Source: Narcine bancroftii (taxonomy: Eukaryota). Taken from it: 64,000 nucleotides of DNA. The notes beneath the pieces were generated by a model. That model had not been told where the DNA came from. It saw only the letters and a program-made list of their open reading frames with translations, and ran no database searches. Of the stretch, positions 36,801-48,070 are shown in pieces; the stretch's first letter is position 1, and the number at the start of each line of letters is the position of its first letter. The translations under genes were made by a program, and so were the position numbers. Where the stretch lies: assembly GCF_036971445.1 (NCBI RefSeq), contig NC_091471.1, positions 240,932,001-240,996,000 on the forward strand. Reading direction: 5' to 3'.

Positions 36801-39800
36801 CATCGAAATGTAAATGGGAAGTTGCCAGAGTCATCCAACTCGACGAAATACCGTGCCTTAAAAAACGATAATGATTGCCAAAAAAGTTCTAATGGTAACT
36901 GTTCTGACTCAGTGAATATCACTAGCCAGTCCACAACTGACAACATAATTCTCTGCAAAGACACAAGTGGTGAAGATACTAATTTTCAACAACAACCAAA
37001 CCAATGCTTTTCAGATGTTAAAAGGATGGATATTGAATCAAAGCTACATCCTGATGACCAGGCAGAAAAGGACATAACCCAAAATCAATATCAGAAAATC
37101 GTCCAGAATCCTTGTGAAACTGGTGAAGAAACAAAGGAACAGATCCTGGAAGCATTAAGTGAAAATTATGGCAATGGTGCTTTCTCAACTGACAGTGCAG
37201 ACCAGAAATATAATACCCTTGCACACTATCAAGGAAGCTTCGGCGAACGATGCAATGGGCCCGAGTTCATTGAAACTCAGTTGACCAACTCTGCACTCAT
37301 CGACTTGCAAACTGATACATCTGAGAGCCTTGTGTGTTCAAGGAACAGCTGTATTTCTGAGCCAGATTCACACCTGGAAACTAACAATATTGAACCCCAA
37401 CTGCTGGAAACAAATATCAACCCTTTACAAACAGTTGTCTGTCCTGTCAAGAATGAAGTTATTCCTGATATTGAAGTAAATTGTCATGAGATACATTTTA
37501 GCAGTAAATGTAATGCAAAGGGGACAGAGAGTGCAAAAGAACTAATGACCGTCAATAAGATGTCATTCAACACTAATAAAGGAACAAAATGCAATAAATT
37601 GGCATCAGTAGATAACCTGGGCTTCCAGACAGAAAGCCATATGGCTGACATTGAAGCTTCAAGAAATCTAAATGGAAAAGAATTTGAGCAGAAAGTCAAC
37701 ATTAAAGTAAGGAGTGAGGATACTGTTGCAGCTTTACAATTATCCAGCAAGAGAATGGAAGATGATACAGATAGTTGTCAACAAGAAGAAAAAGTAAATA
37801 AACAGGTGCCCGATGGAGGAAATGTGGAAAGTGGAGTTGTGAACAATGATTATAAAGAGTTTGGGGTAGAAGAACAGGCAATGCACTCTTCAACAGGCCA
37901 TCCAAAGGAAGAAGGAAATGGAAATAGATCTGATCAGACAGTTTTTTCTGTGGATTTGCAACTGCGTTGTGACCTTGCGACTAGAGATGAGAGCACATTA
38001 CCCAGAGGTGACCCAAATGTAACAACCGTTTCAGTGGTCTCCTCACAATATCAATTGGATCGTTTCATCGCAAGGCATGGCGGTCTTTCAACATCCAGTG
38101 TTGAAACAGCAGATGGTTCTTCTGTTCATAGGAAACCGAACACAGAGACTGATCATAATATAAGCAACGTTGATGAATGTAAGGACTACAGTTTGTCTAT
38201 GGTCGATGAGAAATCCAGTAGGGATCAGGAGAAGAATAACGCTCAATGTACGTCAGCATCTTGGACTGTGGACCAAAACGACAAAAATGAACAGAATTCA
38301 TGCCCCACTACAAATTGTGAGGTAAATGTGCTTTTATTAACAATTATTGATAATCTTACTACATTGCACTATTCAGCCACAATTCCTCAAAGCTCTGTAT
38401 GGAAAGTTATTGAAGGAATGATTTGTTCTTGTTGCAAACACAAAGGCATGTAAGGTTACCTGTTATTATATCCACCTGCATATATTCAATTCCATGGACT
38501 CGTAAAACTAAGTATATGGAGTTATATATAACAATACAATTAGCACAAACAACCAAAGACAAATTAAGCCGTTAGCATATGATTTTACATATAAGTATAC
38601 ACTAAACCTCACACTCAAAAGGAAAAAATTCCTCCAGTTTCTAATGTGTTCATAAATATTTTGTCCTTGCATTATTTCTAGTGGTTTTTTGTCCTTTCTA
38701 ATTTTATTCATTGCCTTCTCCAATGTATTTTCTCTTATCGTGTATCTCAAAAATTTTACTAAAACGGATCTTGGTTTTTGTTGTGACTGGTTTCGGGGCT
38801 AATGTTCTGTTTGCCCTTTCTATTTCCATTCCTTCCTGCATTTCTGGCATTCCCAGAACTTTTGGGATCCATTGTTTTATAAATTCTTTCATATCTTTGC
38901 CTTCTTCATCTTCCTTAAGGCCCACTATCTTTATATTGTTTCGCCTACTATAGTTTTCCATTATATCCATCTTCTGAGCTATCAACTCCTCTGTTTCTTT
39001 AACTTTTTTGTCACTTTCTTCCAGTTTTCTTTTTAAGTCGTTCACTTCCATTTCTACTGCCATTACACATTCTTCCACATTTTCTAATCTTTTCCCTACA
39101 TCTGTTATGACCAGCTCTATTCTACTCACTTTTTCTTCTGTACTTTTCATTTTTCTTTTCATTTCACTAAATTCTAGTGTCAACCATTCTTTTAATGCTT
39201 TCATTTGTTCTTGAAAAAAAATTGTATCTATGTACTGTCCATTCATTCTACCTCCTATTCCTCTGTGCAGAGCTTGGTGTTCTTTTTTTTCTTCTTCTTC
39301 TGTGTCTGCTCTTGGGTTTGTGTCTTCTATTTCTCTTCCTTGTATCTGTGTCTCTTCTGACTTTCTTGTTGAGCTGCTTGCCTCAATTTGTTGCATTTTT
39401 TTTCCCATGGTTTCTTGATGATGGTCCTCTTCTTCTGGGTTGGTTATCTGTTGTGTCCCTAGTTTCCATTTTTCTTTCTCCCTCCTCCTGTTCTCGTTGC
39501 TTTCTTTATCTTCCAGCTGGGAGCCCTGCTGTCGGGTCTTTCTCAGCTGTTCGTGTTGTGGAGTTTCACACCACAGCTGGTCCTCCCTCCTGTCAGTGTT
39601 CTCCTTGTCGTGCGCAGTTGTGCACCCCTGATTGGCTCCGTGAGCCATTTTTGCAGTCCAGTAGTCAGTGGGTCGCGACCCTGCGGGGTCTCCACTAACC
39701 TCAGGGAGTGGGCTCCTCTTTCCACGGCGGGTCCCTGCTTTTTTGTGCAGGTAAGGCCTTCACCTTTCTCTTCCAGAGTCTTTTTTTCTTCTTTTCTTCC

Positions 39801-42800
39801 CATTGTTTTTGGCTTTTCTTTCTTGGGTGCCATTTTCTCCACACCTTTATTTTTTATTTGTTGTGAGTTGTGTGTCTGGGGCTTGGCTTTTTATTCACTT
39901 ATTTCCTTCTTTTCTGGAGAGGGCTGGTATTCTACCAGCCACTACTCCATCACGTGACTCCGTCCTTGCATTATTTCTAGAGACTAAAGAAAACTACTGT
40001 AATTCACAAAATAAAATGATGCATAAATTTACAAAGAACATCGAAAGCAAATACTTCTGAAAGCATTTACAATATTTTTATATGTTATAAGACTAATTCC
40101 TTTAATATTTAATGGATTAATTTATTTTAATTGTATGAGGGCCCAGTGGTGTAGGTAGTAAGACTCCTGCACAACAATGACCTAGGTTCAATCCTGATCT
40201 CTGTTGGTGTCTCTGTGGTGTTCCCATGTTCTCCTTCAGGCTATATGGGTTTCCTCTGGGTGCTCCCAAAGGTCATTGGTATCATTATTAATCATTGCAA
40301 ATTGCTACTGATGTGTAGGTGAGTGGTGAAATCTGGGGGGAGTGTAACACTGTACCAGATGATCAGTGTAGTATCTGATGATCCTCCTGCATCAGTATTT
40401 AAGCATTCTTTTTGGAGCAGCTTCTATTTTTAACATAGAACATTGCATTACATCACATTCCAGGCCCTTCAATCCGCAATGTTGCACCAACCTGTATATT
40501 ATTACTGAAATAAAATATCAAATCCTCCTATCTAATTTTCTTTCATCCATGTGCCTGTCCACGTCTCTCTTAAATGGCTCAAACATTTCAGCCTCCACCA
40601 CCATCCCTGGCAAGGCATTCCATGTACCCACATCTCTCAATGTAAAAAAAAATCTTTCCCCTAATGTCTCCCCTAAACTTTCCTCCCTTCACTTTGTACA
40701 GATGTCCTCTGGTGTTTGCTAATCCTACCCTGGTATAAAGGCACTGGCTGTCCACCTTATCTTTGCCTCTCAGAAGCTTGTAGACATCTATTAAATCGCC
40801 TCTCATCCTTCTTTACTCAAAAAATCCTAGCTCTGCTAGCCTTGCCTCAGAAGACTTATTTTCCAATCCACACAATATACTGTTAAATCTCCTCTCCATA
40901 GCTTCTACATCCTTCCTTTAATGAGGTGACCAGAACTGAACACAAAACTCTTAAATGTGGTCTCATAGAGTTGTAATATTACCTGCTATGTCTCTTGAGT
41001 TACTTGGGAGGCTTCTTAAATAAATTGGAGATGCGAGATTTAATTAACAGAAAAGTCTTTACTTACTGATGCCTTCCACCATCTAAGGAAAACTGTTCAC
41101 ACACTCTTATATACATATGCCACACAGTGGTGCACTACAGTTACTACCGTGAGAAGGGTTTATTCTTACAAGACAAAGAAAGATTGTGTTCTTTATCACT
41201 TTATTTCCAGTCCTACTTAAGTAACTGAATTTATACAATAGCTTATTGACTCAACTATTTTTAAATAGTTCTTATCAATATTGCACTGGCGGCAGTGTTG
41301 CTTCACCATTTTGTGGACTTGGCTGCAATCGTTGGGCTCTATGTTGCTAGTACATGTGTAGCTTGTCATGCTTAACCTGTGTTGATGCTTCAGTATTAGT
41401 AGTTGTGGTCTCTTCACTTGATACCTCACTTGCTATTGGTTTTGCAGGCTTTTTTTTATATAGTCAGGATAATGTGAAAAACTGAATACACATCTCTTTA
41501 AATCTAGACAGATGTGAGATCTGACATTTGGTAATACTGCTTCACAAGTTGCATGTGCTGAAAGAGCAAATTTAAAGTAAATGTTTGGGGCAGAAGCAAG
41601 GGTTTTAACCGGCAATATAGCCATTTTGTTTTCTGTGCTTTATCATTGATGCTATATGGGACACTAAAATAAATGGGCTAATTTCTGCAAACTCCTGTGA
41701 ACATGCTTGCACCAACTTCACATTGTTACATAATAAGACAGGTGCAGAAATAGGACATTCAGCCCCACCATTTAATCATGAGCTGATCTATTTTCCCACT
41801 CAGCCCCTCTGGCCGGCCTTCTCCCCTTTTCTGATGCCCTGGCTAATCAAGAACCTATCAATTTCTGCCTTAAATACACCCAAAGACCTGGCTTCCACAA
41901 CCACCTGTGACCACAAATTCCACAGATTTACCACCCTCCAGCTAAAAAAAATTCTCTACATCTCTGTTCTAAGCAGACGACAACTAATGAACACATGCAG
42001 TGTAGATGTTTAATGAAATGTTAGTCAAAAATATAATGGCCTTTTTGTGCAGGTTCTTAAATATTTCACTAGCTTTATTTCTTTTGTTTTAGACATTCTT
42101 CAAGCCCATTCAAGACAAGGTACATCTAAGTAAGCAATCATATGTATGTGTTAATATCTTAATTACAGTTTGTTATTTTATACTTTATATTATGTTTCCC
42201 CTTTTGGTTTACTCTTTGGTACATATTATTGAAAGAGCCAGGATGTTTAGAAGCTTGTCAGATGATGTGAGTTTGTTGAGTTGGTCTGGCCACCCCATAG
42301 CAGAGCAGGACAGTGACAGAAATCACTGATACACTGAAGCCTTTGTTTGCTTGAGGATGTAGGAGAGCTGATATGTTCACTCTCTTTCCCTATTTTATAC
42401 CAGTTCATCGCTCACTGAGATGCATAAGGAATTAGCCATGATAGTAATTTTAGGTGAACTCAATTGCAGTTGTTGATGTGCAATCGCTGAAGATCTATTG
42501 TGTAGATCAACAGGAAAATTTGAAAACTTTAGGCATGACAAAACAGTCTCACTCATATTACTCAGGTAGGGAAGGACAGACACTTCAGTTAACTCTAGAT
42601 CTGGCTTCAACCCAACAACTATAACCTGGTCCAATGTGTAGTGACCACAGTATTCACTAACTACAAATGCTTGGTCAAATTTTGAATGCTATACTCAATC
42701 CTGTTAAGTAATCGTAAGATAAAAACATTAAGCTTTTCATGAGACATTCTTGGTATAAATGTTTAAAATATTTGTTGTAGAAACTTCACAGTACTTGGTT

Positions 42801-45800
42801 ATGTTGGAACTTGAACAGAGATCTCATGACTAAAACATATGTTGATTATTTCTTTATGATATATAATTTACAGAAATGTTCAAAGAATGCTGCTATGCCC
42901 CTGGATATATGGAATTTAAGCTTTCAGGGTCATTGCCATTCATTGTAAATGAATGGAAAACTAGTGTAATTATTAATTAAAGCAATAAACTAGCATATCT
43001 GCCTCCTAGATGATAAAAATCGTGAATTACAACTCATTAAACCAATGACAGAAAACAAGGATGTGATGGATGTTTCACTGCTCATTGCCCCTCAGGGAAA
43101 TGTTAATTTTACATCTGAGATGGAAGACCTGCATTTGAGGTATCAATTTTAATTAGAAAATGGAATTTTTGTGTGTTAGAACATTAGCCACCTTGTGATT
43201 GATTTGAACTTCATACAGATTTTAAAGTATTAGAATCTAACAATGCAGACTTGATACCATTCCAACTTAATGTTGCTTTATAGTATAAAATGTTGCCACA
43301 GTCTATAAAAGCAATGACCTTATTTATGGGTGTTCAAGGCAGTAAATAATTGTGGGGAATAAGAATATTTTACATTTGTAGGGAGGTTTATTCTTTCTCT
43401 TATTAGGTGTCAAGAAGTCTTGCTTTCATGTTTTGGTCTGGTCTATGACCCACAACAATATGATTGATACCAAACTGCCTTTGTAGGTAGTAAAACATAG
43501 AAATGCTGGAGGAACTGAGCAGATCTCAGTATCCAGTGGAGGTAAAGATAGATAGCTGATTTCAGGCCTGAAGAAGGCTTAGGCTCGAAACATTGGTTAT
43601 ATACCTTTCCTTCCTTATAGATACTGTAAGACCTGCTGAATTCCTCCAGCATTTCTGTGTTTTTAATCACAATCACAGCATCTGCAGACTTTTGTGTTTC
43701 TGTCTTTAAAGGTAGCTTATCAACCCTCTTCTCATTTAACGGGCTCCATTAGCAGACAAATAATTGCTAGAGATGTGTTCACTGAAGATTCCAGCATCTG
43801 CAGCTTTTGTATTCCTCCAAAGGACTTTGTTAACTTGACAAACTAGCTTCGTGAGCAAAGCAGTAAATAAGTAAGACAAAATAAATTAAAACTCCCTTGT
43901 GGAGGCAATTGTTCACAAAGATCTAGGGAATATGCTCGTTGTTACCATAAAACTGGTGCAATTGCTCTGATCTAGTTTATCAGTCAGAATTAATTCTTGC
44001 TAAAAGTTGGTATATTATGGATTCAAGGCTGTTGATAGATGCTTGGCAGATTTAGCTTGTCATTTTTTAATCATGGGTAGAACGTTCAAAATGGAGAGAG
44101 TGGTACCAGTTGGGCCTGCCATCTCGCAGGAGCTAAATTATGAGAGGACATTACAGTTAGAATTGTATTTCATGGGATTTTAAAATTAATGAAATGAATT
44201 GAAACATGCTTTCAAGAAAGAGGGAATCTAGAACTGGGACAAAATAGAACCAAGCTTTTCAGGAGTAAAGTTGCAAAACACTTCTATGCAAAGAATACTA
44301 ATTCAGTATTGCATAGAATTTAGTATTGATTTTGAGTGACAGAATAGTCTTAAGGGACTTATGTCTGTTCCTATTTTCTGAAGTTAGTAGCATATTAAAA
44401 AGGCAGCCTTTTTTTTACTGCTATGGATGAGATTTGAATTGATGTAAAAGCATTGGACTTAACCTACCCAATGGGGTTGCTCATGTTAAAATTTGAAGTG
44501 AAGAGTCAAAGCGTACCGGAGGTGAAATCTTGTATAAATAATGCCACAAATTTTTGACTGGATTTCTCAAAAGGCAGCAGATGAGTTTGGGGAATCAGGG
44601 GGCGGTGGGGGTGGGGGGGGGGGGGGCGGTTGTCAGAGGAGATATGGGAAATCTTCTGCCTGAAATCAGGACACATCACTGTACTACTTTCATTGGGGAG
44701 AACATTTTTGGTCTTGGGCCTCACTTAGATGCTTATAGCAGGTTGTCCTAAACCTGGAGAGAGGAGAATGAATCTGGCTTCTCCATAGAGCTTTTTGATA
44801 TGGCCCTTTTAGAACTCAAAGAATGCTGGTTGCATGTAAGCTCTGCTTACATGCATCTTGTAAAAACATTCCTAATTTAACAAATCATTTAAATCCATTT
44901 TCCATATTATAGCATCACCTAACTATTTCAAGCAAATACACCATACAGCCATCTTTATTACACACCTACCACAATATTTGAATTTAAAGGATAGTTGAGA
45001 TTATCGTTCTCCAATATTTTGTCTGCCAACCAAGAAAAAAGGAAATGCACTGGTTGAAAATCACTCCTAACTATTCTTGTCAATTCAAGTTCATTATCAT
45101 CTGATTGTACATGGATACTATCAATCAACCTCATTCAGATAGAGAATCGTGCATGTGGCTGGCATAGTTCCAAGGCAGGTACTGAGTGAGGGGTTTGGGC
45201 ATAATAGCCTTTATAGGAATATCTGGGAGGGAGAAGTCACATGTTCAGGAGTCAGGCCAGCCCATACAGAACATACATACATACACACATATATATATAT
45301 ATATAAATAATGGTAGCACCACAACATGTACAACCTGACAAAACAGCATCTTGCCAGACCATGGTGCAAGGACAAAAATACAGTGCATATAAATCACATA
45401 ATCATCAAAATATATGTGTGTGTGTATTTGAACTGATTGTCACAGTTATACGATACTGTTCATCAAATTCACAGCCTGTGGGATGAAGCTATTCCCCAGC
45501 CTGGCAGTCCTGATTTTGATGCTCCTGTTCCTTGTCCTTATTGGTAGTGAGTTGAAGATACTGAGTGCTGGATGGAAAGAGTCTTCTATAATTCACTGAG
45601 CCCTATTTAGACAGTTGTTAGTAAATGTCATCTATAGAGGAAAGGGAGACCCTAGTGATCGTGCAGTATTATTGCCCTTAATGAGTGCCTTCATAATCAT
45701 GTAACCGAAATGCATCTGGTTACAGTGAATCTAATTGGCAGGCCCTTTCTTCGGCAGAAGAGGAAGATGCCACACATGTTGTCTGTGGACTCATTAATGA

Positions 45801-47726
45801 ACTTTCCAAAGTAAAGTAAGTAAATTTTATGTATTTGAAGTCACTTAAATGATATGTACTTAACATTTTGTACATCGGTTTAAAATTCTGTGTGAATCCT
45901 GAAGAGAAAATCATATAATAAATAATACTTCTTGTAGTAGTGAATAGTGTTGTTAATACTTTGTTTTATAAAGTTTTATTGCTGCTGACTATCCCTTAAG
46001 CAAGTGAGATAGAAATGTGTTTTCTGTGCTCAGACCTTCAATTTATACAGAAGTCTAACTCACTGAAGGCCCACAGGAAGGCTCTGATGATGGCTTTTAA
46101 GGAAATATGTATGTTATCTGGTGTATTTGGGCTCTCTGTTATAGACAGGATGAGTGAGGAGGGATTGAGCATGAGCCAAGCAATTCCGTGGGTGAGGAAA
46201 TCCAACCTCCTCACTCAATACTTGCTCCTGTGTGCATTCAGGGAGCTAGCCAAGAGCAGCAATAGATGCGGCCAACTTTGTGGCTATAATCTTTCATTAA
46301 GCTAGGAAGGTATAAAGACTAAAAGTCAAATAAAAAGTAGGAGGTAATTAGTTCATAAATGACATGTTTATGTGAACAAGGGGAAATAATGAGAGCAAGA
46401 ATTTGAGGATAGTTTCATGATTCGCTGAATTCCCATATTTACGATTAGTTTCATCTTCCAATTCTTTGACTGTTCTAATCAATACTCCATGCTCTCTAAT
46501 TACGTTCAATAAAAATAAATAATCCAAACTGGGATGTGTTCAAACAGGAAGGGTCCTGAGTCTTAAGTTGCTACATGAATGTGTGCAGCTTTGGAGAACC
46601 ACAGGAATAAAGGGGAAGCTAGTTGAGTAATCCCACGGCAGGGGAGTTTACCTTTAAGTCATTAAATAAAATATGGAGTTAAAAGAGAGCTATTTTCAGT
46701 AACTACGAGGTTGTTGAAGAATTTTCTCTGGTTGACTGAATTTCTTTGACAAATGAAAATGCTGACCTGGGTTGTTCTGGTCTGTATATGACTCTAGACT
46801 TGTTCCTCCTCAATTCCAGGGCAATTATCGATGGACAATGAATGTCAGCTAGATGTTGGATCTGTTGAAAATCACAGCTCCATGGGATGTAGCGAATGCA
46901 ATAAGTCAAGGTGCTGAAGTCCCAGATGTGAATGAGGCCAAGACATGTTTGTATTTAAATTTATCAATACAACATGGTAACAGGCCCTTCTGGCCCACGA
47001 GCTCATGCTGATCAATTATGCCTAATTGACCTACACCCCTGAAGGTTGGGAGGAAGCTGGAGCCCCCAGGGAAATGTCATGAAGACATGGGAAGAATGTA
47101 CAAACTCCTGCGTGGGATTCGAATCCTGGTCCTGACCACTGCTGTTGAAACAGCATTGCACTAACTGCCACGTTAACCATGCCTCCCCATTTCTGAAGGG
47201 CTGTTGCATTTGACTGCAAATAATCAAAACCAAATGAAACGTTGATTTTGTGATATCATGCAGTCAGTCGAACTGGTTCTTCCTTGATTATTCTGCAGCC
47301 AAATTACCGCTTTCAGAATTTAAAATGGCTCACGACTGGGAGACCATTGCAGACAGAGTCCAGAAAAGGAGTCTTCTAGTCTCTACCCAGGTGGATGAGG
47401 TCACATTGAGAGCGCCAAATACAGGAGATGAGGTTAGAGGAGGTGCAATGTCAGCCGTATTTGGTCTAGTCATACAGTGGTGGTGAGTCCTGCATGCTTC
47501 TGATTCAAGGCTGTGGGCATTCCAACCTAAGCCAAGCTGAAACGTCAAATCATTGATCATGTTTTTTTACAATTTACATTTATCTTTTAGTCGCATCATT
47601 ATGATCACACATCGGCAGCTGGAAAGCATGAAACGGCACAAGAACAGGAAAGTGAGAATGGTTGGCAGACACCCACACCAAGGAGCAACAAATGTACCAT
47701 ATTTGCCAAAGAGAAAAGATCTGTGA
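27863..47726 (+). CDS. brme1: Break repair meiotic recombinase recruitment factor 1 (BRME1/MEIOK21/C19orf57 orthologue), predicted 1063 aa
   Basis: Nine GT-AG exons join in frame: 27863-27893, 29176-29386, 33773-33863, 34970-35068, 35955-38321, 42093-42129, 43010-43139, 45726-45815, 47591-47726 (3192 nt). Recognised BRME1-like motifs: MSKRKK, LPLSQ-NSAGKYVPVFQK, and C-terminal EDATHVVCGLINELSKVNRIIMITHRQLESMKR. Head-to-head with cc2d1a and convergent with nanos, as in mammals. Confidence 0.87.
29176..29386 (+). CDS. brme1: brme1 coding exon 2
   Basis: cttcatag acceptor, AG|gtgaag donor, phase 1 to 2; in frame with track ORF 29199..29390. Confidence 0.78.
29560..31476 (+). mobile_element. Degenerate CR1 LINE (ORF2/RT fragments)
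   Basis: KSPGP, DWRVAHVV.LFKKG...NYRPVSL, GVCQGSVLG...YINDLD...KFAD in broken frames; its tail resumes at 31700-31730. Confidence 0.88.
31477..31699 (+). mobile_element. Solo LTR inserted into the CR1 tail, 5-bp TSD
   Basis: GCCTG at 31472-31476 and 31700-31704; ends ATTACA, starts TATGAT (decayed TG); internal AATAAA. Confidence 0.75.
32050..33130 (-). mobile_element. Rex1/Babar-like LINE fragment
   Basis: Minus strand shows KFADD (gtcatcggcaaactt on plus), DFSSAFNT-like segment and catgacaataaattctg tail. Confidence 0.78.
33773..33863 (+). CDS. brme1: brme1 coding exon 3 (...EEEHLSLPLSQ)
   Basis: cttttag acceptor, CAG|gtttgt donor, phase 2 to 0. Confidence 0.82.
34060..34770 (+). mobile_element. 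CR1 LINE 3' fragment
   Basis: LYKTLVRPYLEYCVQFWSP...IERVQRRFT; tail ending ttctatgattct. Confidence 0.85.
34970..35068 (+). CDS. brme1: brme1 coding exon 4 (NSAGKYVPVFQKPK...)
   Basis: catag acceptor, GAG|gtatta donor, 99 nt; conserved N-S-x-G-[KR]-[FY]-V-P-x-F motif. Confidence 0.85.
35955..38321 (+). CDS. brme1: brme1 large coding exon 5 (789 codons, acidic/Ser-Asn-rich, probably disordered)
   Basis: Inside track ORF 35847..38453; pyrimidine tract and taag acceptor at 35954; GAG|gtaaat donor at 38321; phase 0 to 0. Confidence 0.85.
38682..39961 (-). mobile_element. L1-clade LINE: 5' UTR and frameshifted ORF1 only, with 19-bp TSD
   Basis: Coiled coil followed by ENYSRRNNIKIVGLKE...IERA (L1 ORF1p-like); GTCCTTGCATTATTTCTAG at 38663-38681 and 39962-39980. 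Confidence 0.88.
40432..40980 (-). mobile_element. CR1 LINE 3' fragment
   Basis: MRGDLIDVYKLLRG...NTRGH...KFRGDIRG motif; catagaaca tail. Confidence 0.8.
42093..42129 (+). CDS. brme1: brme1 small coding exon 6
   Basis: Strong ttttgttttag acceptor, A|gtaagc donor; supplies the phase 0 to 1 change the model needs. Confidence 0.62.
43010..43139 (+). CDS. brme1: brme1 coding exon 7
   Basis: ctcctag acceptor, AG|gtatca donor, phase 1 to 2, open frame. Confidence 0.62.
43490..43700. mobile_element. Short non-autonomous Penelope-like element with inverted arms
   Basis: aaacatagaaatgctggaggaa ... ttcctccagcatttctgtgttt arms around CTGAAGA..GAAAC; relatives at 5980-6130, 8280-8710, 16560-16740. Confidence 0.6.
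45726..45815 (+). CDS. brme1: brme1 coding exon 8 (EEDATHVVCGLINELSKV)
   Basis: tacag acceptor, AA|gtaagt donor; start of the conserved C-terminal helix. Confidence 0.88.
47591..47726 (+). CDS. brme1: brme1 last coding exon (NRIIMITHRQLESMKRHKNRK...KRKDL*)
   Basis: cttttag acceptor, TGA at 47724-47726; continues the conserved helix. Confidence 0.87.
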
Positions 47727-47852
47727 ACGGGATTGGTGCTCGCTGATGTTTCACAAGGTCAGTGAAGTACTTATAGAAGAGAAATGGCCAACCTGTCCAT
47801 TTGGTGTTTATGTGACACAAAACATGCTGCCTCCCTTCTTTAAATCATCAAG

Positions 47853-48070
47853 GAATCTTTTTGTTCCCTTTTCCCAGGTGCTTATCAAGCTCTCCCTTTC
47901 TCACCTCAGTACTACTTTTACTCATGTTTCTTTTTGCAACTACCATCCAGGTAAATCCCCCTTACATTTCCTTCTAATGACTATCTCATGTTTATTGGGC
48001 TTTGTTATGGCCAATTGCACAAGAGAAAAAAAAATCCAAATTTACCCTTGATCCAAAAGACACTGTAACA
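47853..48070. repeat. Left arm of a ~220-bp inverted duplication
   Basis: Reverse complement aligns with 51556-51790 with scattered substitutions and small indels. Confidence 0.85.

Noticed and set aside
35847-38453. Stand-alone intronless 868-aa gene
   Set aside because: Good acceptor at 35954 and donor at 38322, with phases matching the flanking brme1 exons; the ORF ends are intronic read-through.
42874-42930. Extra brme1 exon after the tttacag acceptor
   Set aside because: No convincing donor before in-frame stops; 42093-42129 joins 43010-43139 in phase without it.
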